DNA from: an uncultured Armatimonadetes bacterium
Lineage (GTDB): Bacteria > Armatimonadota > UBA5829 > DTJY01
Assembly: GCA_963717145.1 (NCBI GenBank)
Contig: OY970325.1
Span: forward strand, 576,001 to 640,000
DNA length: 64,000 nucleotides
Direction of reading: 5' to 3'
Position numbers and translations under genes: made by a program. This document shows, one piece after another, positions 1 to 8,542 of this stretch. The notes below the pieces were generated by a model. The model was not told where the DNA came from. It was given only the letters and a program-made list of their open reading frames with translations, and searched no databases. Position 1 is the first letter of the stretch. Every line of letters starts with the position of its first letter.

Positions 1-1
1 A

Positions 2-214
2 TCAGTATTCTGGGGTGGGGGAGTAGATACGCAGCAGACGCTCCCGTTCGGCACGCCCGATGAGGTCCGCGACGAGGTCCGCGAGCGCATCGAGGCGTTC
101 AGTCCCGGCGGCGGATTCGTCTTCAACGCGATTCACAACATCCAGGCCCGCACTCCGGTCGAGAATGTGCTCGCCATGTATGAAACGCTACGAGAGTTTG
201 GAGAATACCGATGA
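2..214 (+). CDS. 3' end of uroporphyrinogen decarboxylase (URO-D/MtaA/CmuA)-family protein, partial at window edge
   Basis: Manual translation of frame 2: SVFWGGGVDTQQTLPFGTPDEVRDEVRERIEAFSPGGGFVFNAIHNIQARTPVENVLAMYETLREFGEYR*, the typical URO-D-like C-terminus. The stop overlaps the next ATG (ATGA). It resembles the paralog at 19399-20487. Confidence 0.85.
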   Translation, partial: SVFWGGGVDTQQTLPFGTPDEVRDEVRERIEAFSPGGGFVFNAIHNIQARTPVENVLAMYETLREFGEYR

Positions 215-1212
215 AGAAGCTGATAGTCCCACTGATCCTGCTGGCCGCCGTGATGACCGCGACGACAATCGCTAAACGCAGCGGCGAGGGTCAACGCGTT
301 GGCAGTGGCCCGTCCGCGGCGGCTCATACCGATCAGCTTTACGTCGAGGTCTCCGCGCTCGGCAACCTCGACTACTTCTACGACCACAAGTTGGGGATGG
401 AACTCGCGGCAAGAGCGCTCGGCGTGGAGACGAAGTACGTAGGCCCGGCGGAGTACGACATACCCGCGATGATCACCGCATTCGAGCAGGCGCTCGCGAT
501 GAAGGGTCTCAAGGGCATCGTCGTCGTCGGATTCGAGCCCGCGCTCGTGCCGATCATCAACAAGGCGGTCGAGTCCGGCATCCCGGTCGTTACGGTGGAT
601 GCCGACCTGCCCGATTCGAAGCGCGTCGCGTTCGTCGGCACCGGCAACTACCAGGCGGGCGTCGAGGGCGGGACGAAGCTCGCGGAGTTGATCGGCGGCA
701 AGGGCAAGGTCGCGCTCATGACGAAGGTCGGGCAGTCGAACCTCGAGGAGCGGATCAGCGGCTACAAGGACGCGCTGTCGAAGTTCCCGGATATCAGCCT
801 CGTGCAGATCGTCGATACGCAGTCGGATGCGGTGATCGCGGCCCAGGTCGCCACCGCCGTCCTGCGGAAGAACCCCGATCTCGCCGGCATCGGATGCGTC
901 GAGGCGGCGGGCGGGACGGGAGCGGCGACTGCGGTCAAGGAATCGGGTCTCGCGGGCAAGGTGAAGATCGTCTCGATGGATCGCGGCAATGAGGTCCTCG
1001 AACTGATCGGCCAGGGTGTCATCAGCGCGTCGATCGCCCAGCGGACGGCACTGATGCCGTTCTACGCTGTAGAGATTCTCTTCAACCTTGCGAACCAAAA
1101 CGTCCCGATCACTGAGGACAACAAGAAGGCGCAGGTATCGACCGCGCCCTCGTCGATCGACACCGGCGTGATCATTGTCGACAAGTCGAACTACAAGTAC
1201 TTTCTGAGGTAA
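211..1212 (+). CDS. Sugar ABC transporter substrate-binding protein (RbsB/Peripla_BP_4 type)
   Basis: Signal peptide MKKLIVPLILLAAV; motifs INKAVESGIPVVTVDAD, FVGTGNYQAG, ERISGY, IDTGV; upstream of ATPase and permease. Confidence 0.92.
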   Translation: MKKLIVPLILLAAVMTATTIAKRSGEGQRVGSGPSAAAHTDQLYVEVSALGNLDYFYDHKLGMELAARALGVETKYVGPAEYDIPAMITAFEQALAMKGLKGIVVVGFEPALVPIINKAVESGIPVVTVDADLPDSKRVAFVGTGNYQAGVEGGTKLAELIGGKGKVALMTKVGQSNLEERISGYKDALSKFPDISLVQIVDTQSDAVIAAQVATAVLRKNPDLAGIGCVEAAGGTGAATAVKESGLAGKVKIVSMDRGNEVLELIGQGVISASIAQRTALMPFYAVEILFNLANQNVPITEDNKKAQVSTAPSSIDTGVIIVDKSNYKYFLR

Positions 1213-1251
1213 TATGGAGTGCGGAAGCGGCGTCTGCGTAGCTTCCGCTTT

Positions 1252-1338
1252 GAACGACCGTTGGGGATGGAGTTGGACTCCATCCCCCATGACTCAGTCC
1301 CGGGGGATGGAGTCCAACTCCATCCCCAACGGTCGTTC
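1252..1338. repeat. Palindromic doublet element, family A (GTTGGGGAnGGAGTTGGACTCCnTCCCC arms)
   Basis: gaacgaccgttggggatggagttggactccatccccc + 13-nt loop + exact reverse complement. Each arm is itself a hairpin. Relatives at 31902 and 32427. Confidence 0.9.
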
Positions 1339-1358
1339 CTTCGGTTACCGCACTCCGT

Positions 1359-2882
1359 ATGGTGAGCAATATGGCTCTGGTTCTGGAAGCAAGAGAGATC
1401 GTCAAGACATTCCCGGGGGTACGGGCGCTCGATAAGGTGTCGTTCGACCTCCGAAAGGGCGAGGTCCACGCGCTCGTCGGCGAGAACGGCGCGGGGAAGA
1501 GCACCCTCATGCACGTCCTCGGCGGCGTCTACCAGCCGGATTCCGGACGCGTCCTCCTCGACGGCCACGAGGTATCGTTCGCCGATCCCCACAGCGCATC
1601 GATCCACGGGATCAGCGTCGTCTTCCAGGAGTTGAGCCTCTCCGACAACCTCAGCATCGCCGAGAACATCTTCGCCAACCGCCAGCCGACCCGTGGCGCG
1701 GGCCTGATCGACTGGAGCGAGCTTCACGCGCGAACCCGTGAGGTCCTCGGCCTCTTCGATTGGGACGCGGACCCGTCCACTCCGCTGGGCGAGCTATCCG
1801 CGCCGAAGAAACAGGTCGTCGAGATCCTGAAGGCGCTCTCCCGCGATCCGAGCGTCCTGATCCTCGACGAGCCGACATCATCCCTGACCGCGCACGAGAC
1901 CGAGCTGCTCTTCCGAAACATCCGGCGGCTCAAGGAAAGCGGGCTCTCGGTCATCTACATTTCGCACCATCTCTCCGAGGTCTTCCAGCTTGCCGACCGG
2001 GTGACGGTCCTGCGCGATGGGAGGCTGGTCGAGACCTGCGACATCGGCGATGTGACGGAAGATGATCTCGTCCGCAAGATGGTCGGCCGCGAGCTGACCG
2101 ACATGTACGGCCGGCGAACCACCCCGGTCGGCGACGAGCGATTCCGGGTGACCATGAGTCCCGTAGGTCCCATCAGTCCCATCGGTCCTATCGGTCCCAT
2201 TCCGGACCTTTCTGTGAAGGCAGGCGAGATCGTCGGGATCGCGGGACTGGCGGGCGCGGGCCGGACCGAACTCGCGCGGGCGATCATCGGGTGCGACGGT
2301 GTCTATGACGGACAGATATTCCTCGACGGGAAGCAGATCACGATCCGCAGCCCGGAGGACGCGGTCAGGCATCGGATCGCATACCTCAGTGAGGACCGCA
2401 AGGCCGACGGCCTCTTCCTCGACATGGCGATCCGGGAGAACTGCGCCGCCCCGCGCCTGCGAGAGTTCGCCGGACGATTCGGGTTCATGGACGACAGGGC
2501 GATCACTCAGCGTGCGGAGAACTACCGCCGGGAGTTCGGCATCGCGACGCCCGACTCATGGCAGACGGTCGGGCTGCTCTCAGGCGGCAACCAGCAGAAG
2601 GTGCTCCTGGCGATGTGGATCGGCATTCGGCCGCTCGTCCTGATCGCCGACGAGCCGACGCGCGGAGTCGATGTCGGCGCGCGCAGCGAGATATACCGCC
2701 TCCTGCGCGATCTGGCGGCGGACGGCGTGGCGATCATCCTGATCTCCTCCGACCTGATCGAGGTCTTGGGCCTGAGTGACCGGGTGCTCGTCATGCGCAC
2801 CGGGAGCATCGTCGCCGAGTTCCCGAGCGAAGAGGCGACCGAGGAGAAGATCATCGCGTGCGCATCGGGACTGACGGCGTAA
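1359..2882 (+). CDS. Sugar ABC transporter ATP-binding protein (RbsA/MglA type, two NBDs)
   Basis: GENGAGKST, ILDEPT, ISHHL, LSGGNQQKV, DEPTRGVDVGA. Confidence 0.95.
   Translation: MVSNMALVLEAREIVKTFPGVRALDKVSFDLRKGEVHALVGENGAGKSTLMHVLGGVYQPDSGRVLLDGHEVSFADPHSASIHGISVVFQELSLSDNLSIAENIFANRQPTRGAGLIDWSELHARTREVLGLFDWDADPSTPLGELSAPKKQVVEILKALSRDPSVLILDEPTSSLTAHETELLFRNIRRLKESGLSVIYISHHLSEVFQLADRVTVLRDGRLVETCDIGDVTEDDLVRKMVGRELTDMYGRRTTPVGDERFRVTMSPVGPISPIGPIGPIPDLSVKAGEIVGIAGLAGAGRTELARAIIGCDGVYDGQIFLDGKQITIRSPEDAVRHRIAYLSEDRKADGLFLDMAIRENCAAPRLREFAGRFGFMDDRAITQRAENYRREFGIATPDSWQTVGLLSGGNQQKVLLAMWIGIRPLVLIADEPTRGVDVGARSEIYRLLRDLAADGVAIILISSDLIEVLGLSDRVLVMRTGSIVAEFPSEEATEEKIIACASGLTA
2158..2202 (+). 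repeat. In-frame 5 x 9-bp tandem repeat inside the ABC ATPase
   Basis: gtcccgtag gtcccatca gtcccatcg gtcctatcg gtcccattc, encoding SPVGPISPIGPIGPIP. Confidence 0.85.
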
Positions 2883-3028
2883 ATTCGAAATTCGAAGTTC
2901 GAAGCACGAAACAAAGTGCAAATCGGGAAAAGGGCAATTCCGAAAACCTTGCGGCTGCGGGTTGTTTGCTTTTTGGATTTTGGGTCATTCGGATCTGTTT
3001 CGAATTTCGAGCTTCGAATTTCGTGCTT
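2881..3028. repeat. Inverted heptamer microsatellite element
   Basis: Left AAATTCG AAATTCG AAGTTCG AAGCACG AAACA; right TGTTT CGAATTT CGAGCTT CGAATTT CGTGCTT; about 80-bp core between them. Confidence 0.85.
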
Positions 3029-3045
3029 GACTCTGAGGTAACTGC

Positions 3046-4026
3046 ATGGCTGAGAGAATGAAGAGCAACCCGATACTGGCGCGAATCCTCCGGATCACGG
3101 AATACCGGGAGTTCATGATCGTCTACATCATCGTCCTCGGCACGATTGCCATCGCCTATGCGGTTCCCGGCTTCATGGACAGGCGGAACACCTCGGCCAT
3201 TCTCCTCGCGCTCGCCGACCAGAGCATCATCGCGATCGGAATGACGCTGCTCCTCGTCTCCGGCGGCTTCGACATGTCGGTTGGCTCGACGATGGCGCTC
3301 GCGGGGGTCACGACCGCGATCTGGCTCACGCTCGGTCTGCCGGTCGGACTCGCCATCGCGCTCGGGCTCGCGGTCGGCGTGCTTATCGGCCTGATCAACG
3401 GGATGGTCGTCGCGCACGTCGGCATCAACCCGTTCATCACGACTCTGGGCATGATGAGCCTCGCGCGCGGGATGCTGATGGTCGTCTCGAACGGGCGGAA
3501 CATCTCCGGCCTGCCCGCGTCGTTCACGGCGATAGGGCAGGGGAGCATCCTTGGCGTCCAGTATCCGATCATCATCTCGATCGTGCTCGTATTCGCCGGC
3601 GACTTCCTCCTCCGCCGAAGCCGGTTCTTCCGCCAGAACTACTACATCGGCGCGAACGAGAAGGCCGCGCTCCTCTCCGGCATCAACGTCAAGAAGATGA
3701 AGGTCTTCAACTACGCGCTGACCGGCTTCCTGGCGGCGCTCGCCGGGATCATCATCACCGCGCGGCTCGGCTCGGCGTCGACCTCGGCGGGGAGGGGCCT
3801 CGAACTGCGCGTGATCTCGGCGGTCATCATCGGCGGCGCGAGCCTCAAGGGCGGAGTCGGCACGATCGCGGGCTCGTTCCTCGGGGCGCTCCTCATGAGC
3901 ATCATCGTCAGCTCGATCAACCTGCTCGGCGTGGAGTTGAACTGGATCGACTTCGTCCTCGGCGCGACGCTGCTCCTGGCGGTGATGGCGGATACCTTCA
4001 GCCAGAAGAAGACCACGAAGGAATAG
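3046..4026 (+). CDS. Sugar ABC transporter permease (RbsC/BPD_transp_2)
   Basis: GGFDMSVGS, INPFITTLG, YYIGANEKAALLSGINV, ELRVISAVIIGGASLKGGVG. Confidence 0.95.
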   Translation: MAERMKSNPILARILRITEYREFMIVYIIVLGTIAIAYAVPGFMDRRNTSAILLALADQSIIAIGMTLLLVSGGFDMSVGSTMALAGVTTAIWLTLGLPVGLAIALGLAVGVLIGLINGMVVAHVGINPFITTLGMMSLARGMLMVVSNGRNISGLPASFTAIGQGSILGVQYPIIISIVLVFAGDFLLRRSRFFRQNYYIGANEKAALLSGINVKKMKVFNYALTGFLAALAGIIITARLGSASTSAGRGLELRVISAVIIGGASLKGGVGTIAGSFLGALLMSIIVSSINLLGVELNWIDFVLGATLLLAVMADTFSQKKTTKE

Positions 4027-6468
4027 GTGAGCGACTTGAGGCGCATGCTCTGGATACTCCTGCTGATCGGCGTCACGAGTGCCTGCGGCGCGTCGGTCAG
4101 TCGGCGGACGATACCGCTCGACGGCAGGTGGCAGATCGCTCAGGGCCCTCACTCGGAGATGCCACAGGCGTTTGGCGGCACGATCCCCGTTCCGGGACTG
4201 GTCGACATGGCGAAACCCGCCTTCACGGAGGTCGGCATTCCCAGTCCTCAGCGCGAGGCGTTCTGGTACAGGCGCACGTTCTACCTCGCCGGGCCGGAAT
4301 ACGCGGTCGCCCTTTTGAAGGTCAACAAGGCGAGGTTCGGCACGAAGGTGTGGCTCAACGGGACCGAGGTCGGCGAGCATCTCGGATGCTTCACGCCAGG
4401 CTACTTCGATGTGAGCAAGCTCGTCCGCTACGGCGCCCGCAACACGGTCGTCATCCGCATCGGCGCGTGCCGGGAATCGCTGCCTCCATCCGTCCCCGGC
4501 GGCATGGACTACGAGAAGACGATCTGGACGCCGGGCATCTACGACTCGGTCTCCCTGACGCTCTCGGGGGATCCGCGCATTGTCTCGCTGCAGGTTGCCC
4601 CGCATATCGGCGATGGGACGATCACGGCACAGGTCGTCGTCAAGCATCATGGAAAGGAACCGGGTGAAGGTACGCTGCGGCTCAGCGTCCGGGAATGGAA
4701 GAGCGGACGCACGGTAGCGAAATCGGTCAGCTGGGGGTTCGGGATCGATGGGTCGGGTGAACGGACTATCACCGACACCCTTCACATCGACAAGCCGCAC
4801 CTCTGGTCGCCGGAGGACCCGTTCCTCTACGTTCTTCGATGCGAAACCGATGGCGATGCGGCCGAGACCCGGTTCGGAATGCGGGAATTCCGATACGACG
4901 CGAAGACCGGGCGTGCGGTGCTTAACGGCCGTCCCTACTACCTCAGAGGGACCAACTTCTGCATGTTTCGCTTCTTCGAGGACCCGCTCAGGGGTGCCCT
5001 TCCCTGGAACCGCACATGGGCCCGGAAGCTTCTCACTCTGCCGAAGGACGCGCTCCACTGGAACTCCGCCCGCGTCTGCATCGCGCCGTTCCCCGAGTTC
5101 TGGTACGACCTCGCCGATGAGATCGGCTGGCTGCTCCAGGACGAGTATCCGATCTGGGGCTTCAACGACGCCTGGAGCCAGGACGAACTGATCGCCGAGT
5201 TCAGGGAATGGCTGACCGAGCGATGGAATCACCCCTCGATTGTCGTCTGGGATGCATGCAACGAGACGCTCAATCCGCGCACCGGCGCACTCATCGAGGC
5301 CGTTCGCGGCATGGACCTCTCCGACCGTCCGTGGGATGACGGCTACAGTCAGCGCCATCGCCCCGACGATCCCATGGAGAGCCACCCCTATACCAGCATG
5401 TCATCGGGTGACGCCAGGCTCGGCAGCGTGCTGGACAAGACGTGGCCGGGGATCGGGAAGCCGTTCGTCATCAACGAGTATGATGCGTTCTGGATGGACC
5501 GAGATGGAGGCGCTACGCCCTGGTTCGGGAAGTGGTATGAGAATACTCTCGGGCCTGACGCGACCCTCGATCAGAAGCGCGAACTCCGCGCCCGCAATGC
5601 GGCGGCGGTCACCGAATACTGGCGCGCGAGACGTGATGCCGCCGGCGTGCACTGGTTCTGCTACCTGGCTTATTCCAAGCCGGGGATGGTGACCAGCGAC
5701 AACTTCGCGGATATGCCGAACCTCGTGCTCGACCCCTACTTCGTTGACTACATGCGCGATGCCTTCTCGCCGCTCGCGGTGACGATCGACGACTGCGAGG
5801 TTCGAGTCGCCCCAGGCACATCGAGCAACTGCCGGATAGTCGTGACAAACGACCTCTATGAGTCGCGGACCGGAGTCGTTGAGCTGCAACTGAACGAGGT
5901 GACGCAGCGATCGGCGAAGTTCAAGGTCCCCGCGCTCGGCCAATCCGTGATCATGCTGCCCTTGAGGTTTCCGGCAACTCCCGGGAAGTACCGCCTGACC
6001 GTCGAGCTGATCCCCGACAAGGGCGAGCGCGTCCGAAGCCGGCGCAACGTCGAGGTCATGACCCCTGAGGAGACTAAGAGGTATGTAAGCCTCTCCGACC
6101 GCTGCCGGGTAACCACCTCGTCCACCTACCGCAAGTACCCGGCGAGGTTCGCGGTCGACAGGCATGGCGGTACGCGGTGGTCATCTCGGTTCAGCGATCC
6201 TCAATGGATCTCGGTTGACCTCGGCAAGGTGCAGCGGATCGGATGCGTAGTCCTGGACTGGGAACGCGCATGCGGCAAGTCGTATCGGATTCAGGTCTCA
6301 TCCGACAGCCGCAAGTGGACCGATGTCTACTCCACCAATGATGGCAAGGGCGGTCGCGAAGAGGTCAGGTTCACGCCCATACCCGCCCGGTACGTCCGCA
6401 TGTACGGCACCGCCCGGGGGACCGAGTTCGGCTACTCGCTCTGGAGTTTCCAGGTCTTCGAGGACTAG
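4027..6468 (+). CDS. Secreted glycoside hydrolase family 2-like protein with C-terminal F5/8 type C (CBM32-like) domain
   Basis: Signal peptide; LWSPEDPFLY, RFGMREF, LNGRPYYLRG, NHPSIVVWDACNE (acid/base), FVINEY; C-terminal TRWSSRFSDPQWISVDLG...ARYVRM. Confidence 0.85.
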   Translation: MSDLRRMLWILLLIGVTSACGASVSRRTIPLDGRWQIAQGPHSEMPQAFGGTIPVPGLVDMAKPAFTEVGIPSPQREAFWYRRTFYLAGPEYAVALLKVNKARFGTKVWLNGTEVGEHLGCFTPGYFDVSKLVRYGARNTVVIRIGACRESLPPSVPGGMDYEKTIWTPGIYDSVSLTLSGDPRIVSLQVAPHIGDGTITAQVVVKHHGKEPGEGTLRLSVREWKSGRTVAKSVSWGFGIDGSGERTITDTLHIDKPHLWSPEDPFLYVLRCETDGDAAETRFGMREFRYDAKTGRAVLNGRPYYLRGTNFCMFRFFEDPLRGALPWNRTWARKLLTLPKDALHWNSARVCIAPFPEFWYDLADEIGWLLQDEYPIWGFNDAWSQDELIAEFREWLTERWNHPSIVVWDACNETLNPRTGALIEAVRGMDLSDRPWDDGYSQRHRPDDPMESHPYTSMSSGDARLGSVLDKTWPGIGKPFVINEYDAFWMDRDGGATPWFGKWYENTLGPDATLDQKRELRARNAAAVTEYWRARRDAAGVHWFCYLAYSKPGMVTSDNFADMPNLVLDPYFVDYMRDAFSPLAVTIDDCEVRVAPGTSSNCRIVVTNDLYESRTGVVELQLNEVTQRSAKFKVPALGQSVIMLPLRFPATPGKYRLTVELIPDKGERVRSRRNVEVMTPEETKRYVSLSDRCRVTTSSTYRKYPARFAVDRHGGTRWSSRFSDPQWISVDLGKVQRIGCVVLDWERACGKSYRIQVSSDSRKWTDVYSTNDGKGGREEVRFTPIPARYVRMYGTARGTEFGYSLWSFQVFED

Positions 6469-6469
6469 A

Positions 6470-8533
6470 ATGACGCTGATTCCATATGAGCTTCCACCCA
6501 ATATCGCCGCTCTGCGGGAGATCGCGCTCAACAAGAAGAGTGGATGGGGCTGCCCGGCGGTCCTCCCGGCTGAGGCTCAGGCGTGGCTCGAACACACTCC
6601 CGACGAGGACTGGCTGGTCTGGCGCGCGCGTCGGACCGCCGCGAAACTGTCGAGCATGCCGATCGACATCCTCCAGGGCGAGCGGATCGTCGGTCGCCCG
6701 CTGCTCTGGGATGCGACTGAGGCGGAGAACGAGGAGCTTTCCGCGGCATGGAAGGTACTGGAATCGGTGCCTCCGTTCCCCGGCGGCGACACCGGGCATT
6801 TCAACCCCGACTTCGCGAAGGTGTTCAACGTCGGCATCGGTGGGATCATCGAGGAGGTCCGCTCGAGGCGTGACGCGTCGGGCGACGAGAAGCGCGCGTT
6901 CTACGACGCATGCGAGATCGCGATGAAGGGGTTCTCGGGATACATCCTCCGGGTCGCCAATGCGTGCGACGGCGAACTTGCGGACATCTGCCGAAAAGTC
7001 GCCTGCGAGCCGCCTTCGACGTTCCATGAGGCCATCCAGTTGATGTTCCTGCTGATCGTCGCGCTCTGGTTCGGAGAGGATCACGTCCTCTGCAACCCGG
7101 GCCGGATCGACCGGACGCTCGGCCCGTTCTACGAGGCCGACCTCGCCGCTGGGCGGATCACCCGCGAGGAGGCGCTCGACCTGATCTGCTGCCTCTACAT
7201 CCAAATGAACATGATCTGCTTCCCTGGAGCGGCGATCGCGGTTACGGTCGGCGGCCGGGATGCGGAAGGGCGGGATATGACGAACGACCTCACCTACCAC
7301 TGCCTGGAGGCCCGGCTCGCGACGCATCTCGTCTACCCCACAGTCGGCCTCGCGTGGCATGAGGGGACTCCCGTCGAACTGACCGACTTCGCATGCCGCA
7401 TGATCGCCACCGGCGTCGGCGATCCGGCGTTCTTCAACGACGAGTTGATCGCGCAGGGCCTCCAGGACCTCGGCGTCTCGGAGGCCGACTCGCGCGAATA
7501 CATGAACTCCACGTGCGTCGAGATCAAGCCCGTCGGCGCATCGAACATCTGGGTGACTCATCCCTACTTCAACTGCCCGGATGCGGTGCTTCAGGCGATG
7601 GACGGCGATCCGGCGGATTTCGAGCAGTTCAGCTCAGTGGTGAGGGAAAAGCTCAGCGCCCAGGTCCGAGAGGCCGCGGAGAACTCCGACCGCATCTGGA
7701 ACGAACGATACACGCGCGGCGGCTTCCCGCTCGCCAGTTGCGTCATCAACGACTGCCTCGAGCGGGGCGTCGACTTCGACCGGGGAGGCGCGCGGTACAA
7801 CTGGGTCGAAAACTCGTTCGTCGGGCTCGCGAACCTGGTCGATGGCATGATGGCCGTGAAGAAGCTGGTCTTCGATTCGAGGAGGCTCTCGCTCCCGGAG
7901 TTCCGCGACATCCTCAGGACCGACTTCGAGGGCCACGAGACGCTCCGTCAGGAGATCCTGAACACGATCCCTCACTACGGGACGGACAACCCGGAGGTCG
8001 ATGCGCTCGCGATCGAGTGGGCGCACTTCATTGAGGAGACATCCCGCTCCAATATCGTCGGAGGCAGTCCATACGTGCCCGGCTTCTTCTGCTGGATCAT
8101 GCACGGCGAGTTCGGCGCTCGGACCGGCGCGACCCCCGACGGTCGGAAAGCCGGCGCCGCGCTCGCGGATGGGGCAGGCGCGGCTCAGGGCCGGGAGACC
8201 GCAGGCCCGACGGCATCGATACTCTCGACGACCAAGTGGAGCCATCGGAGCGCGATCGGCGGGCTGGTGCACAACCTGAAGCTTGCCGGAAGTTCCCTGC
8301 GCACCGCGTCCGATCTGCAGGCGCTCCGTACCCTGATCGAGACTTACCTGCGCATGGGCGGCTTCGAGATACAGGTGAACGTCGTCGATGCCGATGTCCT
8401 TCGCGATGCCCAGGCACATCCGGAGTTACACGCCGACCTGCTCGTGAGGGTTGCGGGCTACTCCGACTACTTCACCCACCTCGGTCCTGTCCTACAGGAA
8501 GAGGTCATCGCCCGCACGGAACACGGGTGCTAG
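6470..8533 (+). CDS. Glycyl radical enzyme (PFL superfamily), non-PFL type, substrate unknown
   Basis: Glycyl loop LLVRVAGYSDYF, Cys loop MNSTCVEI, GATPDGRKAG, TFHEAIQ, PGRIDR. ATG at 6470, 1 nt after the GH2 stop, is more plausible than the ORF-track start at 6323. Confidence 0.9.
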   Translation: MTLIPYELPPNIAALREIALNKKSGWGCPAVLPAEAQAWLEHTPDEDWLVWRARRTAAKLSSMPIDILQGERIVGRPLLWDATEAENEELSAAWKVLESVPPFPGGDTGHFNPDFAKVFNVGIGGIIEEVRSRRDASGDEKRAFYDACEIAMKGFSGYILRVANACDGELADICRKVACEPPSTFHEAIQLMFLLIVALWFGEDHVLCNPGRIDRTLGPFYEADLAAGRITREEALDLICCLYIQMNMICFPGAAIAVTVGGRDAEGRDMTNDLTYHCLEARLATHLVYPTVGLAWHEGTPVELTDFACRMIATGVGDPAFFNDELIAQGLQDLGVSEADSREYMNSTCVEIKPVGASNIWVTHPYFNCPDAVLQAMDGDPADFEQFSSVVREKLSAQVREAAENSDRIWNERYTRGGFPLASCVINDCLERGVDFDRGGARYNWVENSFVGLANLVDGMMAVKKLVFDSRRLSLPEFRDILRTDFEGHETLRQEILNTIPHYGTDNPEVDALAIEWAHFIEETSRSNIVGGSPYVPGFFCWIMHGEFGARTGATPDGRKAGAALADGAGAAQGRETAGPTASILSTTKWSHRSAIGGLVHNLKLAGSSLRTASDLQALRTLIETYLRMGGFEIQVNVVDADVLRDAQAHPELHADLLVRVAGYSDYFTHLGPVLQEEVIARTEHGC

Positions 8534-8542
8534 GAGAACATC

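Noticed and set aside
2851-5385. Long antisense ORFs (this 844-aa one, and 12019-14118, 14126-16117, 50331-52196, 58717-60357 and others)
   Set aside because: Shadow ORFs opposite well-supported genes, expected from high-GC codon bias; no recognisable motifs
6323-6469. N-terminal extension of the glycyl radical enzyme in the ORF track
   Set aside because: Overlaps the GH2 C-terminal domain by 146 nt; ATG 6470 is the more plausible start
6470-8533. Pyruvate formate-lyase (pflB) call
   Set aside because: Lacks the adjacent Cys-Cys pair and the RVSGY loop of PFL; no pflA next to it
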